A DNA stretch of 64,000 nucleotides from Epithemia pelagica (lineage: Eukaryota > Protista > Bacillariophyta). Positions 40,151 through 51,100 of this stretch are shown piece after piece. The stretch spans positions 2,666,001 through 2,730,000 of the forward strand of contig OX337236.1 of NCBI GenBank assembly GCA_946965045.2. The letters are read 5' to 3'. A model generated the notes under the pieces. That model ran no database searches, was not told the origin of the DNA, and saw only the letters and a list, made by a program, of their open reading frames with translations. The stretch's first letter is position 1. Each line of letters starts with the position of its first letter. The position numbers were made by a program, and so were the translations under genes.

Positions 40151-43100
40151 ATGGACAATATGGACGAGTCAATGCTTTACTGCCAGGAGATCCCATCTTC
40201 CGTGAACCAAGAGAGCGAAGGCAACGAGACCATCCCTCTCTCGCCGAACCTACAAACCCGATCAAGACGCATATTGAACAAGAACCCCATCGTCACATCT
40301 ACTTCAGAGCGGATTCGAATTGCCAAGATCTGTGAAGACTTCGAAGACTGGGACAACAAGCCCTGCTCTGTCTTTGGAATGGAAAGATACAAGAAATACC
40401 GAGGCGGCTTTTTCTTCTGTGGCAACTGCAAAGATGCCGATGACTTTGACATCGCCAATGGAACTTCAGTGAATAGGAAGAATAAAAATGGGAACTACTT
40501 TTGTACGGCAAACCATGACAATATCCTACAACCAACCGACCGCATCAAGCAGATTTCTGTAGCAAAAAAACGACCAGTCAAGAACAAGAATCCGAGTGAC
40601 ATATCGGAGAACAAGGGCAAAAGGGGAAGAAAGAAGGTCAAGAAGAATCGAACCAGGTCAAGGTCAATGGAAGACATTGAAACTACCAAAGATTCAACCA
40701 ATCCTTCAAGAAAGCGGAAGAAGGCACGACACCATCATGAAGATGACAGACAAGGTTCTCCCACAGTGGAGACAATTTTCGACAACTCGGACATGGAAGA
40801 AGAAGACGAGGAAGCCGACCCGCCACAATCTGTCCCCGATGCACCTGTAGAAATGTTCCCAAATGCACCAAGTTCAACGCTGCCCACTCAAAGGGCTTCA
40901 ACTACCACCCACCATACCGATTCCGTACCACCGAGCGACCTTCAAGATCCCGAACCACCAGCATCTACACGTCCGACTCATGATAGCACGAGCGATCCAA
41001 CCTCCAACCCAACCCAAACCAATGCAAACGACGAACTCATTAGAGATCTCCAGAAGCAAATAGAAATCCTAGCCAAGGCTAACCAATCTGTTCGTCGAAG
41101 AGCAGAGAAACAGGAGAAGATCATCAAGTCTCACCTGAATGAGATTGCAACTCTACAAAGACGAGTTACCACTCTCGAGGCAAAGCATGGAAAGATACCA
41201 ACTACATGCTCGTCCGATGCCAATCTGCAAAAACTGCTTAATCACATCAAGGCAGTGATCGTAGAGGCCGTTCGTAACCACAATGGTAACAGCCACAGAG
41301 CCAAACGTTTCTTTGGTCAATTATCTCGCATGCTCTTGGACGCCCCGATCCACCATAAGCAACTCCAACAAATCCTTGTCCGTGTAGTTCAAAGGCATCT
41401 CCGTAAGACAACCTTTACGCCCTTCAACATATTGCGGGAGATGGACTTTGCCGGAGGGACACTCAACTACGGAGGAATTGAGATTCTCCGTCGTGTTGAA
41501 TGTGACGGTGAACCAAGAAAGCACACAATGATTCCCTCTACGTCCGCGATTCGACGTTGTGCGAATCTCATTGAAACCTTCGCCGATACTGTAGTTCCCT
41601 GTCGACCAATCAAAAGTAAAAAGAATGGGTCGGAAGGGTTCTATTTTCGTGCTGCAGACGTTTTCGTAGCAATCTTAAAGGCAGCAAACATGTTGGACGG
41701 CGAGGCCCGGGAACGGGCGATAATGTTCGCCCAAAGCTTGGACGGGGCAACACTTACCAAGTCATTGTCCCATGTTCTAGGTGGGTTGAAGTTCAATGAC
41801 CGCGGTGGTCCCTTGAAGACGCAATCTCGGGACATGGTGTTCCCATTGGTATGTGTCATTGGTAGGGAAACGAAGTCGCTCGTTAGGGGGTTATTCTCAC
41901 GAATGATTCGAGAGATCGAAGAGCAGCGAATAAAGTTCTACCTACATTGTACGCTATTGTGGCCTTGAAGATCGTCACCAATTGTGACATGTCCGTGGAC
42001 TGGAAGCTGTCCGGACGCGGTGGTGCTGCCAAGAACGCGACATACCCCTGTTCGAAGTGTTTTCTCCGTAGCGACGAGCTACACACAAAAACCGGAACAG
42101 CGTCAACTTGCAAATGGTGCATTCACCATAAGTACACAGAAATTGACGAAGATTGGCAATGTCGTCATTTCAACATGTACACAGAAGACCGCGTGGCCGA
42201 AATGAACGAACAAGTTCTTTCCTTTGAGAAAGATATGCCCAAAGTTTCCAAAAAGATAACAACTATTTGGGACCAATCATCGATTGCCATCAATCGGCAT
42301 GTAGATCCGCGAGTACCTCCAGAGCCCTTCCAGTTGAAGGAACTGGATTCGATCCACTTCGACTCTCGGGGGAAGGACAGGAAGAGCTGTCAGCTATACT
42401 CGTCCCACCTTAACAACGATTTGCAACTACGAGATCTCCCAATCCATGGATCATTGCAGGATAGACAGCGGCGATTGAAAAAACAACTAATTTCGGAGTG
42501 GGCATACGTCGATGCAAGCACCACGATCAAGAAGCATGGAGAGGCATCTTTCACGTCCGCCATGGTTATGGTCATGGAGACGATTCCATGTGTGCTACAC
42601 ATGGAAATGCGCCTGGGCATTAAGATTATTTCGATGCTATTTAAGACAGGACTGACCAACGCAAAGAACAAGCTGCTGACATGGATCGACAAGGATGATC
42701 AGAAGTCAGTGGACAAGACGTGTCGATCGTTCATTGCGGGTATTGAAGACTGTTTGAATACGAAGATTCTTGGAACCGAGTCCATGCCAGCCCAGAAATA
42801 CGTCCCATTGGACAAGAAAACCCATCTTATTGGTGAAATCAAACTGAACAACGGTAAGGTACGGAAAATCTTCCCCAAACTGGAACTGCTTATCGACCTG
42901 TGCATTGCAAAGGACCTAGAGAAAGAACAATGGGCCATGGCGATGGGACATTTCAGAGAGAGCATGAAGATCATTCTAAAGAAGGAAGATCTCACGAATC
43001 AAGAGATTTTCACGTACCAACAACATGCCGATATGTTTTTCAAGTATTGGCTGGCTTTATACGGGGAAGAAGGAATAACAAACTACGTACACTTGGTGGG

Positions 43101-43581
43101 TAGTGGACATATTGGGGAATACCTGTTCCATTGGAAAAGCCTTTATGTCCATTCCCAGCAAGGATGGGAGGCATTTAACGCCCTCTTCAAGTCCTTTTAC
43201 TTCTCCCGCACTCAGAGAGGCGGGGCGACAAACCGTGGACTCGGAGATCGATCGCGTTTGAAGCCTGTTGCTAAGTGGCTTCAACGCAGGTTAGTGTTTC
43301 TAATGGGCCACAGTATTGAATCCATCAAGGAACATTTGTCTTCGAGAACAGCCGAGGACAAACGGAAGGACCGGCAGTGGGTAAAAAATAGTGGAGGGTC
43401 CGTAGAGTTTGGCCAGTTGATACGAAGCGACTCAGAGTCCTCTTCTGACAGTGACGCCAGTACGCGAGTGGAGGATGATTGGGAAATTGGAACCCAAGAG
43501 CTTTATCAAGAATGGGACGATGGTAAAGATCAGGTGGAGGTAGAGTCTAGTGAAGAGTCAAATGACGAGGATTGGTGGTAG
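40151..43581 (+). CDS. RAG1/Transib-like DDE transposase (about 1140 aa), split by a single frameshift near 41920
   Basis: ORFs 40151-41968 and 41947-43581 overlap in adjacent frames; restored junction MIREIEE/AANKVLPTLY. Motifs in RAG1 order: SLDG (D, 41741), NCDM (D, 41986), YPCSKC, VLHME (H, 42598), ITNYVHLVGSGH (H 43090, H 43108), QGWEAFN (E, 43168). These parallel RAG1 D600, D708, C727/C730, H795, TNYFHKTLAH (H937/H942) and EGNESGN (E962). Confidence 0.8.
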
Positions 43582-43605
43582 GGGGTAGATACATTCTAAT
43601 TTAGA

Positions 43606-45396
43606 TTAAGAGTAAGCCTTCAATGCCTCAGCAATCTCATCCGTATGCTGAATAATGATGTGTTTTTGTTCTGTACCGGGTTTCTTCTTGTTATAATCTG
43701 GACCAGCTGCGACACGACAAGCGTAGGTTGGGATATCGGACGGCATAATCACGTCCACGTACTTCAGCTCGTCGTCGTCAATCTTGGAATTATGAGCGGG
43801 GTCCTTGTATGTTGTGAGGAACTCAGCTGCAAGAGTATCAAGAATGATCCATCGTTTCTTGCAGCAATCGGGCCAAAACAATGCAACAATCTCGTAGACA
43901 TTCGAATTCATGAAGAACTGGTCTCCTTGGTACACATCGTGGTCCTCGAAACGAAAGAAGACAGTCGAGTTGTGGGTGTGTAGAGACAGGTTGTCATCTT
44001 CTGCATTATTGTCTTCTCCATTGTTGTCCTCTTCAGACGAAGTCATCTGAAGGATCTTGTTGAAGGTATCTGGACTGCCTTGCATTCCATTCCCTTGGCG
44101 ACTGTCTTGAATCGATCCGTCGGTGCTTTCGGACTCATCAGTGTCCGAGTCAACATCGTCGTTTGCATATGGAGTGCAAGTCAGAAGGGACTTGAGATGT
44201 TCCGTTGGAGGTGCATTGATAATCGTCCCATCTTTCTTGGAGTCGTAATGGTAGCGCTCAAAAGAGACTGTCACTTTGACAGCAAATGGTGAAAAGGATA
44301 AATCAACACGTTGCTTGAGAGTACGGCGCTGCAACTTGTTGGGGGGTCCATCTTGAGGCTCACCACCTTTTACGACAGTAAGGAAGTGACCGCGTTTCAA
44401 AGGTCTACCGGCTTTCCCATCACCAAGGGTGGGTCGGGCTTCACTTGACCCATATACGGCTCCAATCCCAAGCAGCGATCGCAAAATATCGATGTCCTGC
44501 CAAGATTCGAAACGGATCAGACCACTTTGGAAGGTCATTTTGATCTTACGACGCGTGAGAGAACGATCAACATCAAGGTAAGATTCAGAAGTCGAAAATG
44601 TATGACAAGACAAAGACTCAATACCGGAATTGGCAACCATATGGATATAATTGAAGGTTTCCAGCGGAATTGTTCCGAGTGTGATGGAATCATAGTCCAA
44701 GTGTTCGTTCTGTCCACTGCGTTTGTTGAGTATCTTCATTATACCTTTTCGTAGCTGGAATAGGCCTGACCATACATTACGATGGTAACAACGGGGAGGG
44801 GCCACCAGATTTGGAAGTAGGGCTTTGTAGTTCTCCTTTTCCGTAGGGAAACAAACCACTTCGCCTTCATGGAGCTTAACGAGACGGAGTTTGCCGTTGA
44901 CTCGGGTTTGTTTGAAGCGAAGGAGGAAGACATTCTTTAGGCCGTCGCCCCAGCGATTCTTGGGGTTCGACAGGTCACTGGGCATGAAAACAAACGCGGG
45001 AAACATAATCTTGAAGTCCTTGAAACGAGGGTCCGGGCGAGTTAAAACATCGGATGACTGGTACAGCTCAATGATGTTTGAACCGCATCCATGCAGCACA
45101 GGTTCTTGCGAGTGACTAGGAACAGAAGGGTGGCATTTCAAGTTTTTCTTGGGGAAGAGTGGGAAGAATAGACGAATAGCAATGTCACCATTGGGGATCT
45201 TTTGGATGCGACCAATTGTGGTGGTGTTGCGGTCTTGGTTGGGAAGCTTCAGGTGAACGAACGTTCCCATACGGAACGTATCGTCGATTGACGGGATGTA
45301 AATTGGTGCGGGTACCATTCTGGAGTGGATATCGAAAGGTACTTGCTTTTTGTATGATGGAATGGGATCCTTCTGACAACAAGTCGTTGTGTTCAT
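43606..45396 (-). CDS. Transposon accessory protein of unknown function (about 596 aa from MNTTTCC; ORF extends to 45519)
   Basis: Intact ORF wholly inside the TIRs and convergent with the transposase. The N-terminal part (MGTFVHLK...IELYQSSDV...PAFVF) is loosely reminiscent of a BAH-like fold. No kelch or PHD pattern of RAG2 was seen. Confidence 0.75.
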   Translation of the reverse strand: MNTTTCCQKDPIPSYKKQVPFDIHSRMVPAPIYIPSIDDTFRMGTFVHLKLPNQDRNTTTIGRIQKIPNGDIAIRLFFPLFPKKNLKCHPSVPSHSQEPVLHGCGSNIIELYQSSDVLTRPDPRFKDFKIMFPAFVFMPSDLSNPKNRWGDGLKNVFLLRFKQTRVNGKLRLVKLHEGEVVCFPTEKENYKALLPNLVAPPRCYHRNVWSGLFQLRKGIMKILNKRSGQNEHLDYDSITLGTIPLETFNYIHMVANSGIESLSCHTFSTSESYLDVDRSLTRRKIKMTFQSGLIRFESWQDIDILRSLLGIGAVYGSSEARPTLGDGKAGRPLKRGHFLTVVKGGEPQDGPPNKLQRRTLKQRVDLSFSPFAVKVTVSFERYHYDSKKDGTIINAPPTEHLKSLLTCTPYANDDVDSDTDESESTDGSIQDSRQGNGMQGSPDTFNKILQMTSSEEDNNGEDNNAEDDNLSLHTHNSTVFFRFEDHDVYQGDQFFMNSNVYEIVALFWPDCCKKRWIILDTLAAEFLTTYKDPAHNSKIDDDELKYVDVIMPSDIPTYACRVAAGPDYNKKKPGTEQKHIIIQHTDEIAEALKAYS

Positions 45397-45644
45397 TTGT
45401 GGTTCTTGTGTGGATCTGTTTCTCCATTGGCATGCAATCGTTACGGGATGGAGGGTCCGAGTTGGTAAGTACCGAGTACGAAAATGTGAGCGAATACGAC
45501 GATTCTTTGAGAAAAACAATTAAATGGGTAAGAAAAATAGATTGTTTACGTTTAATGTAGTTTTGAAGAGCATGCCAGGTCGGAGGTGCGCGAGGCAGGT
45601 TTTTGGTGGACTGGCCGGCGATTTTGGCTCATCCGTTCTGCAAA

Positions 45645-45669
45645 ATTGGGATATGAGGGGCTCGTTGTG
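45645..45669 (-). repeat. Right terminal inverted repeat
   Basis: ATTGGGATATGAGGGGCTCGTTGTG on the + strand; the reverse complement begins CAC. Confidence 0.8.
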
Positions 45670-45697
45670 GTATTCCCATGGGAGTTGTCATCCTGAC

Positions 45698-45768
45698 TTG
45701 ACTCCCAACTATACCGCAGCTTGACTCCCATCACGGGATCACATAGTTTACCTAGTAGTTGACTCCCA
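45698..45768 (+). repeat. Three direct copies of TTGACTCCCA
   Basis: Exact 10-mers at 45698, 45721 and 45759, between the right TIR and the eIF5A promoter. Confidence 0.8.
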
Positions 45769-45857
45769 GCAGGGGTTCACTCGTACGTGGCAGAAGAAAT
45801 AGCGACTTAGTCGCTGTTAGGTCATTGTACAGATTCACAGACTGTCGCGTCCAAAGT

Positions 45858-45867
45858 ACGTCACGTG
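45858..45867 (+). promoter_or_regulatory. Overlapping ACGTCA / CACGTG (bZIP/G-box-type) motif upstream of eIF5A, conserved in the captured copy (35482-35491)
   Basis: ACGTCACGTG lies about 270 bp upstream of the ATG and is identical in both copies. Function is inferred only. Confidence 0.35.
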
Positions 45868-46137
45868 GATTCCTCGTGAATCTCCTATCGGATGGCCGGA
45901 CAGACGAACAAGACCTGCACCACCCCACGATATACACAGACAGCCGCCCGCACGCATTCGTGTGGCGTGCGCGGAAGTGCACCGACACAGGACAGACGGA
46001 CGGTCGTCGTGGTGTGCGCTGCCGTTCGAAACACGAGGAGCGGTCCACCATCATCATCATTCACCACAACGAGACCTTTGCTCTTGTGTCGGCGTTGTCT
46101 TGATCTCATTTCCGAAACCAAAAGACCGTATTGAACC

Positions 46138-47021
46138 ATGGGTGATAACGAAGAAGACTACAATATTGAGAATGCCGATGCCGGTGCTTCCTCTACCATT
46201 CCTATGGAAGCTGGTCAGATCAAAAAGGGAGGGTAAGGAACATACACATAGTTGTGTTGATTGGAATGTCATTTTTTGGCCGCCGTGATTCGAGGTGAAC
46301 AAAGTTCCATGGAATGATGCCGGAAGTGGAGATTTGGAGTCGTGTTCAGCGAATGATGGAAACATCTCTCATGATGCGAATCAATGGTCGAGGAACTTGT
46401 GTCATTGTGTCATTGCGCAATTTGCTGTTATCATTGCTGTGTCACGCAGTTGCGCAGTGTGTGGTTTCGTTCCACTTTGTGTGCTTTGATCGACAGTTCC
46501 TTTCTTCTAACGCTTTTTTTCTTGATCAATCTTATTTTGTGGCTGGATTGGCTTGTCCAAATGGATGGATTCTTCCAAATCGAACCACGTCTTGATGCTG
46601 TTGCACCTATTCGCACGATTTCGACCACAGTTACATGATGATCAAGGGAAAGCCCTGCAAGGTTCTCAATATCTCCGTGTCCAAGACGGGAAAGCACGGT
46701 CACGCCAAGTGTAACTTTACCGCCACGGATATTTTCACCGGCAAAAAGTACGAAGATATGATCCCCTCCACCCATGGTACCACGGTCCCCATTGTGAACA
46801 AATCGGAATGGGAAGTCATTGATATCAATGAAGATGGTGAATTGACTCTTATGGACGAAGGTGGAAAACAGAAGACCGACTTGAACTTGCCTACCTTCCC
46901 GGAAGGTTTGGATGATGAGATTAAGGATGCCTGGGCGGGTGGTGAAAATTCGGTCATGGTCACGGTTCAGGCTGCTGTTGGTATTGAGCAGGTGATTGGA
47001 TTCAAGAAGGAAAGTGCTTAA
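46138..47021 (+). CDS. eIF5A: Eukaryotic translation initiation factor 5A; exons 46138-46232 and 46631-47021
   Basis: Hypusine loop SKTGKHGHAK. Intron GTAAGG(46233)...CACAG(46630) joins QIKKG|GYMMIKGKPCK in frame. Confidence 0.97.
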
Positions 47022-48107
47022 ACATGGAAACCGTCTTTTTAACACATTTTATCACACTGTAGAGCCAAGCAACCAGCACAAGAAGAAGGACATGCCTGAA
47101 GAGGGAAATGAGAACGAAAGGACGGATTTTGACGGATGCACGCCTTTTTTCTGATTAGCCCCTGTCTTTCTTTTTACCTTTTGCTGCTACCACTACTATC
47201 AACACATTAATCATCATTCCACTCTTTTTTTCTGGATCACAATGTCCTGTTATCATGCATAGAGTGATTGATTCGTAAACGGGCATGTATCTTTCGTATT
47301 TGTGTGGTGAAGCATATGTTTCCCTTTTGGACTTGTTTCGATCCAAGTGTTTCGTTTGCTAAGAATCACAGTCGTCCAGTCATTCAAGGAAGAACCTTTT
47401 CGTACTACTCCAGGTTGGCTCGTTTTCGCCAAAATGTGGATTCTAGATCAAAAGTCGGACAGACAAAATCCGTACGAGAGGATGGGGAAACATAGGCAAC
47501 AAGTTTCTTCTCTTACAGTTATTCACTGAGTATGCATGCAGGGTATCTAAGGAGGGACTAATCATAATCATCACGTGTTGTGTTTTTGTGTGTGTGTTTC
47601 TCGGGTGAATCATTTTTGGTACGGTTCTTCGTTCAAATGTAATAATAATAATAATTGTGACTTGGGTGGACGGATCAATGGTTTCCTCCACAGTTTCTCT
47701 TCTATCTTTTCTTCTTCTTATTTTTCTTTTTTCATCGGGACAGAAATATTGTTCAAACAGTATTGGAGTATCGTAGCGGCAATGATACGCGGGTCGTGTT
47801 AGGTGTGCAGAGTGTGTGCGTTTCGTGGGGTTTTGTCTGTTCTTGAGGGTCTCTTGGAACACGATCCAGTTCCATTGTTAAGAGGACAGATACAATCACA
47901 TATGGTGATACAGGAATCGTAATAGTAGTAGTACTTGAATGGCTTGGTCTTCTAGCTTCTAGTAGCTCCGACACCACAATCCAATTTGTTCCAGTGCGTT
48001 TTTCTTCAGGTACGGAGTGGTAGCCATTACATTTTTCTTCAGTGTCTTTCCTTGAGAGTGTCTTTCTAACACTCTTTTGCTTCTGGTTTCAAATCAATCA
48101 ATAATAG

Positions 48108-51100
48108 TTACATGTAGGTTCCACCCAGGCTTCCATCAATTCCACCAATGCCTCCCTCGTTGCTCGCATTGAAGGGATCGTAGTAGGGTGGACCCGTCGC
48201 GGCGGCCACACCACCCAAGGGAGCACCTCCAATGCCCAAGGGATTGTAGTACGATGTGGGCGGTGGTGGTGGCGGCGGCGGAGGAGGTCCTCCGTAGCCG
48301 GGTGTCGTTCCGGCCCGCAATCCCACCACTTCGGGTGGAACGACGGGGGAGCGCAAAAAGCCACCGCCCACGGCACCATAGGTGGGAGCCGGTCCTGCGG
48401 CAGCCGTCAAGGGATGACCCCCGGGTGGAGCCATGTTGGAAATTCCCCCATTCATGAGAGAATTCGTAGTGCTGTGGTGGTGGTTGTTGTTGTTGTTCGA
48501 TGGCGAGGGCATGCCTTGATAACGGCCCTTGTTGCGACTGTACAATTCTTCGTGGGGGGAATGGTGGTGATGGTGAGGATTCTGATGGTGGTGATGGTGA
48601 GGATTATGATGATGGGGATGGTGATGACCTCCTCCTCCTCCACTCATGGGAGACGATACACCACCGCCTCCTCCACCATGTTGTTGTTGTTGATGATGGT
48701 GGTGGTGATGATGATGGTGATTGCGTCGGTACAAATCTTGTTCTCCCGGTGTGAGAGAAAAGTTGGGGAATCGGCGACAAATCTTGGCAATGATGCGACG
48801 ACCACCCGCCGTATTTCGGACACCGCCATTGCGTTGTCCTCCACCAATGACGCCGCCACCGGGCATGGAAGGACCCGTGGCCGTGGTGGTAGTGACCAAA
48901 TGGGGACGCATCGCCTCCACCAATCGAATGGCTTGCGCATGCGTGGCTACCGACAAGGCACGTTGGACGACATAATTCCCAAAGGGGTCCATCATGAGTT
49001 CCCGCACTCGTTCGGGGTCACTCATTTCCTTCATGTAGCATTCCTTGACGCGTTCCGAACACCGTTCCAGACATTTCTCCATTACATTGGACGAAAACTT
49101 TTGAATGGCCAGGAGATTAACTTTTCCCACCACTGATTCACAAACGGCATGAACGTCTTCGTCGGAACACACATCCAATACGTACTGGACGACATAATTT
49201 CCATAGGCATCTTGCATGAGTTCCAAGGCCTTTTCCACAATGCGATGGACCAAATGCGATCGGGCTTCACTGGGTGCCGAATCCAAACACCGTTGAATGA
49301 CACAACAACCATGCCGGTGTCGAGCCACATCGCCCACCGAAGCCGCCACGGCATCAAAGACAAATTCGGAATGCCGAGATCCCAATTTCAAAATAATGCG
49401 TTGAATCACATGGTTGCCATGACTGTCAATACACAATCGTGCCGCAGCCGGAGACAGGGCTTCGGTCAAAATATCGGCCGATGTTTCGCCCGTTTCATTT
49501 GCACCCGACTGTGGTGCGGGTGGTTCATCGGCCGCACAGAGCTCCACCACTTTTTGGACACTCCGCGTTCCATGCAGATTCAAACTGGCATTGACCAATC
49601 GAGTACTGACGCTCTTGACCAACATGATGCGTTCTTCGGGTGTCACCTTTTCCAAAATCTTTTGAAACAGATAGTTTCCAAAGGGATCTACCATGGCTTC
49701 TCCCCAAAAGGGCAAGCCTTCTTGTAGAATCAAGGATGCCGCCATGGGACCTTCTTCATCCAAGGCCTGTTGGACCAACCGGCAACCGACTTGATCTCGA
49801 GACAACCGACGGACTTGACCGAGCAAGGCATCCAGGGGAGGGCGTTGGGGAGAGGCATACAAGGAGGCAATGGTCGGATCGGCATGAAAGGGTGCTCCTC
49901 CTGCGGCCGAGCGACCATAGTCACCTCCCTCTCGCGTATCACTGTAGGATCGACCCATTTCCGTCACCCCCGGAGGCGCCATTCCACTTGCACCACCACC
50001 GTAGGATCCTCCACTGGTTCCAGGCATTCCTCGACCATTGGTTCCATTGGTGCTGTTGTTGTTCGTAGGAGTATTGACGGTAGGACCAGTGGTACCCATG
50101 GGATTGCGATTCACTTGCATACTAGAATCGGGTGTACCACCAATGACTCCCAAGGACGGACCCGCCAAGCCTGTGGGAGCTGCTGTTGCAGCTGCGGCTC
50201 CGCCATAGGGATCCAAGGGTTCCTGGGGAGGAGGAGGAAGAGGAGCCGCCATGCCAGCGGGTCCAGCCACCACATAGGCCATTTGCTTACCGGGCAATTG
50301 CACCATTTGGACGGGTTGCAAGACTTGTCCGCGTCCATCGGGCGATTGGACTGCCATGTACAAGACTTGTCCGGGTTGAGCTGGATCCACCAAGGAAGGT
50401 GGAATGGTGTTGGTGGATGTGGCGGCTCCAAACTCGTTGGGAGGATTATTATTATTGCTGTTGTTGTTGTTGGGGAAGGAAGGATAGGCTTTGCTAGTGC
50501 TCTTGGTACTGTACGGCGAGGAAACGGTACTGTTGGAAGTCGCACTGGTATTGTGCGGATGATAGGCTGGACTGGAGGGTGGTGGAGGACCGGTAGTCGT
50601 CGAGTTGTTGTTGTTCGGTGGATTCATGATAAAGGAGGAGGCATAATCGGGTACCATCATCATCAAGGGAGCTCCAGAGGCATCCGTCGCTGGTGCCTCG
50701 GAGGAATAGGGAGGAAAGGCTTGAATGGACCCCGTGGGAGGTGCCGATGGGTTGTGGTTGTTGTGGTTGTTATACGAGGAAGCGGACCGCGTGGTGGAGG
50801 TGGTTCCAGCCGTGACCGCCGAAGCAGGCGATTCGGTCCGGGCACCGGTCGTATCTCCTCCTCGATGATGGTGTGTCGTGCCATTGCTACTCGTTCCACC
50901 GGAACCAGAGGTATTGTTCTTGGGAATCATGGCGGCCGCAGTGTTTGCGTTGTTGTTGTTGTTGTTGGAGGGCAAGGCGTCAGAAGGAGGGATTCCCAAT
51001 CCACCATTCAACCGAAAGGCCGAACTGGCATTGACGGGAGGATCCGTCGGGGTGGGAGGAGTGCCGGTCGCAGCGGCACTACTACCATTCTCTCCAGCAG

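Larger units (their letters stand above)
39549..45669. mobile_element. 6121-bp RAG1/Transib-like DNA transposon with two convergent genes and 25-bp CAC-initiated TIRs
   Basis: Left end CACTTCCAGCCCCTCGTATCCCAAT (39549-39573); reverse complement of right end CACAACGAGCCCCTCATATCCCAAT (45645-45669); 21/25 identical with no gaps. Encloses a DDE transposase (+) and a second ORF (-) whose stops are 24 bp apart. No perfect 5-bp TSD (GTTCG versus GTATT). Confidence 0.82.

Noticed and set aside
41883-41970. Programmed -1 ribosomal frameshift or intron joining the two transposase ORFs
   Set aside because: No slippery heptamer and no plausible GT-AG pair; a 1-bp deletion explains the junction.
46233-46630. 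Possible intronic snoRNA in the relatively long eIF5A intron
   Set aside because: No convincing paired box C (RUGAUGA) and box D (CUGA) with a terminal stem found by eye; needs snoscan/Infernal.
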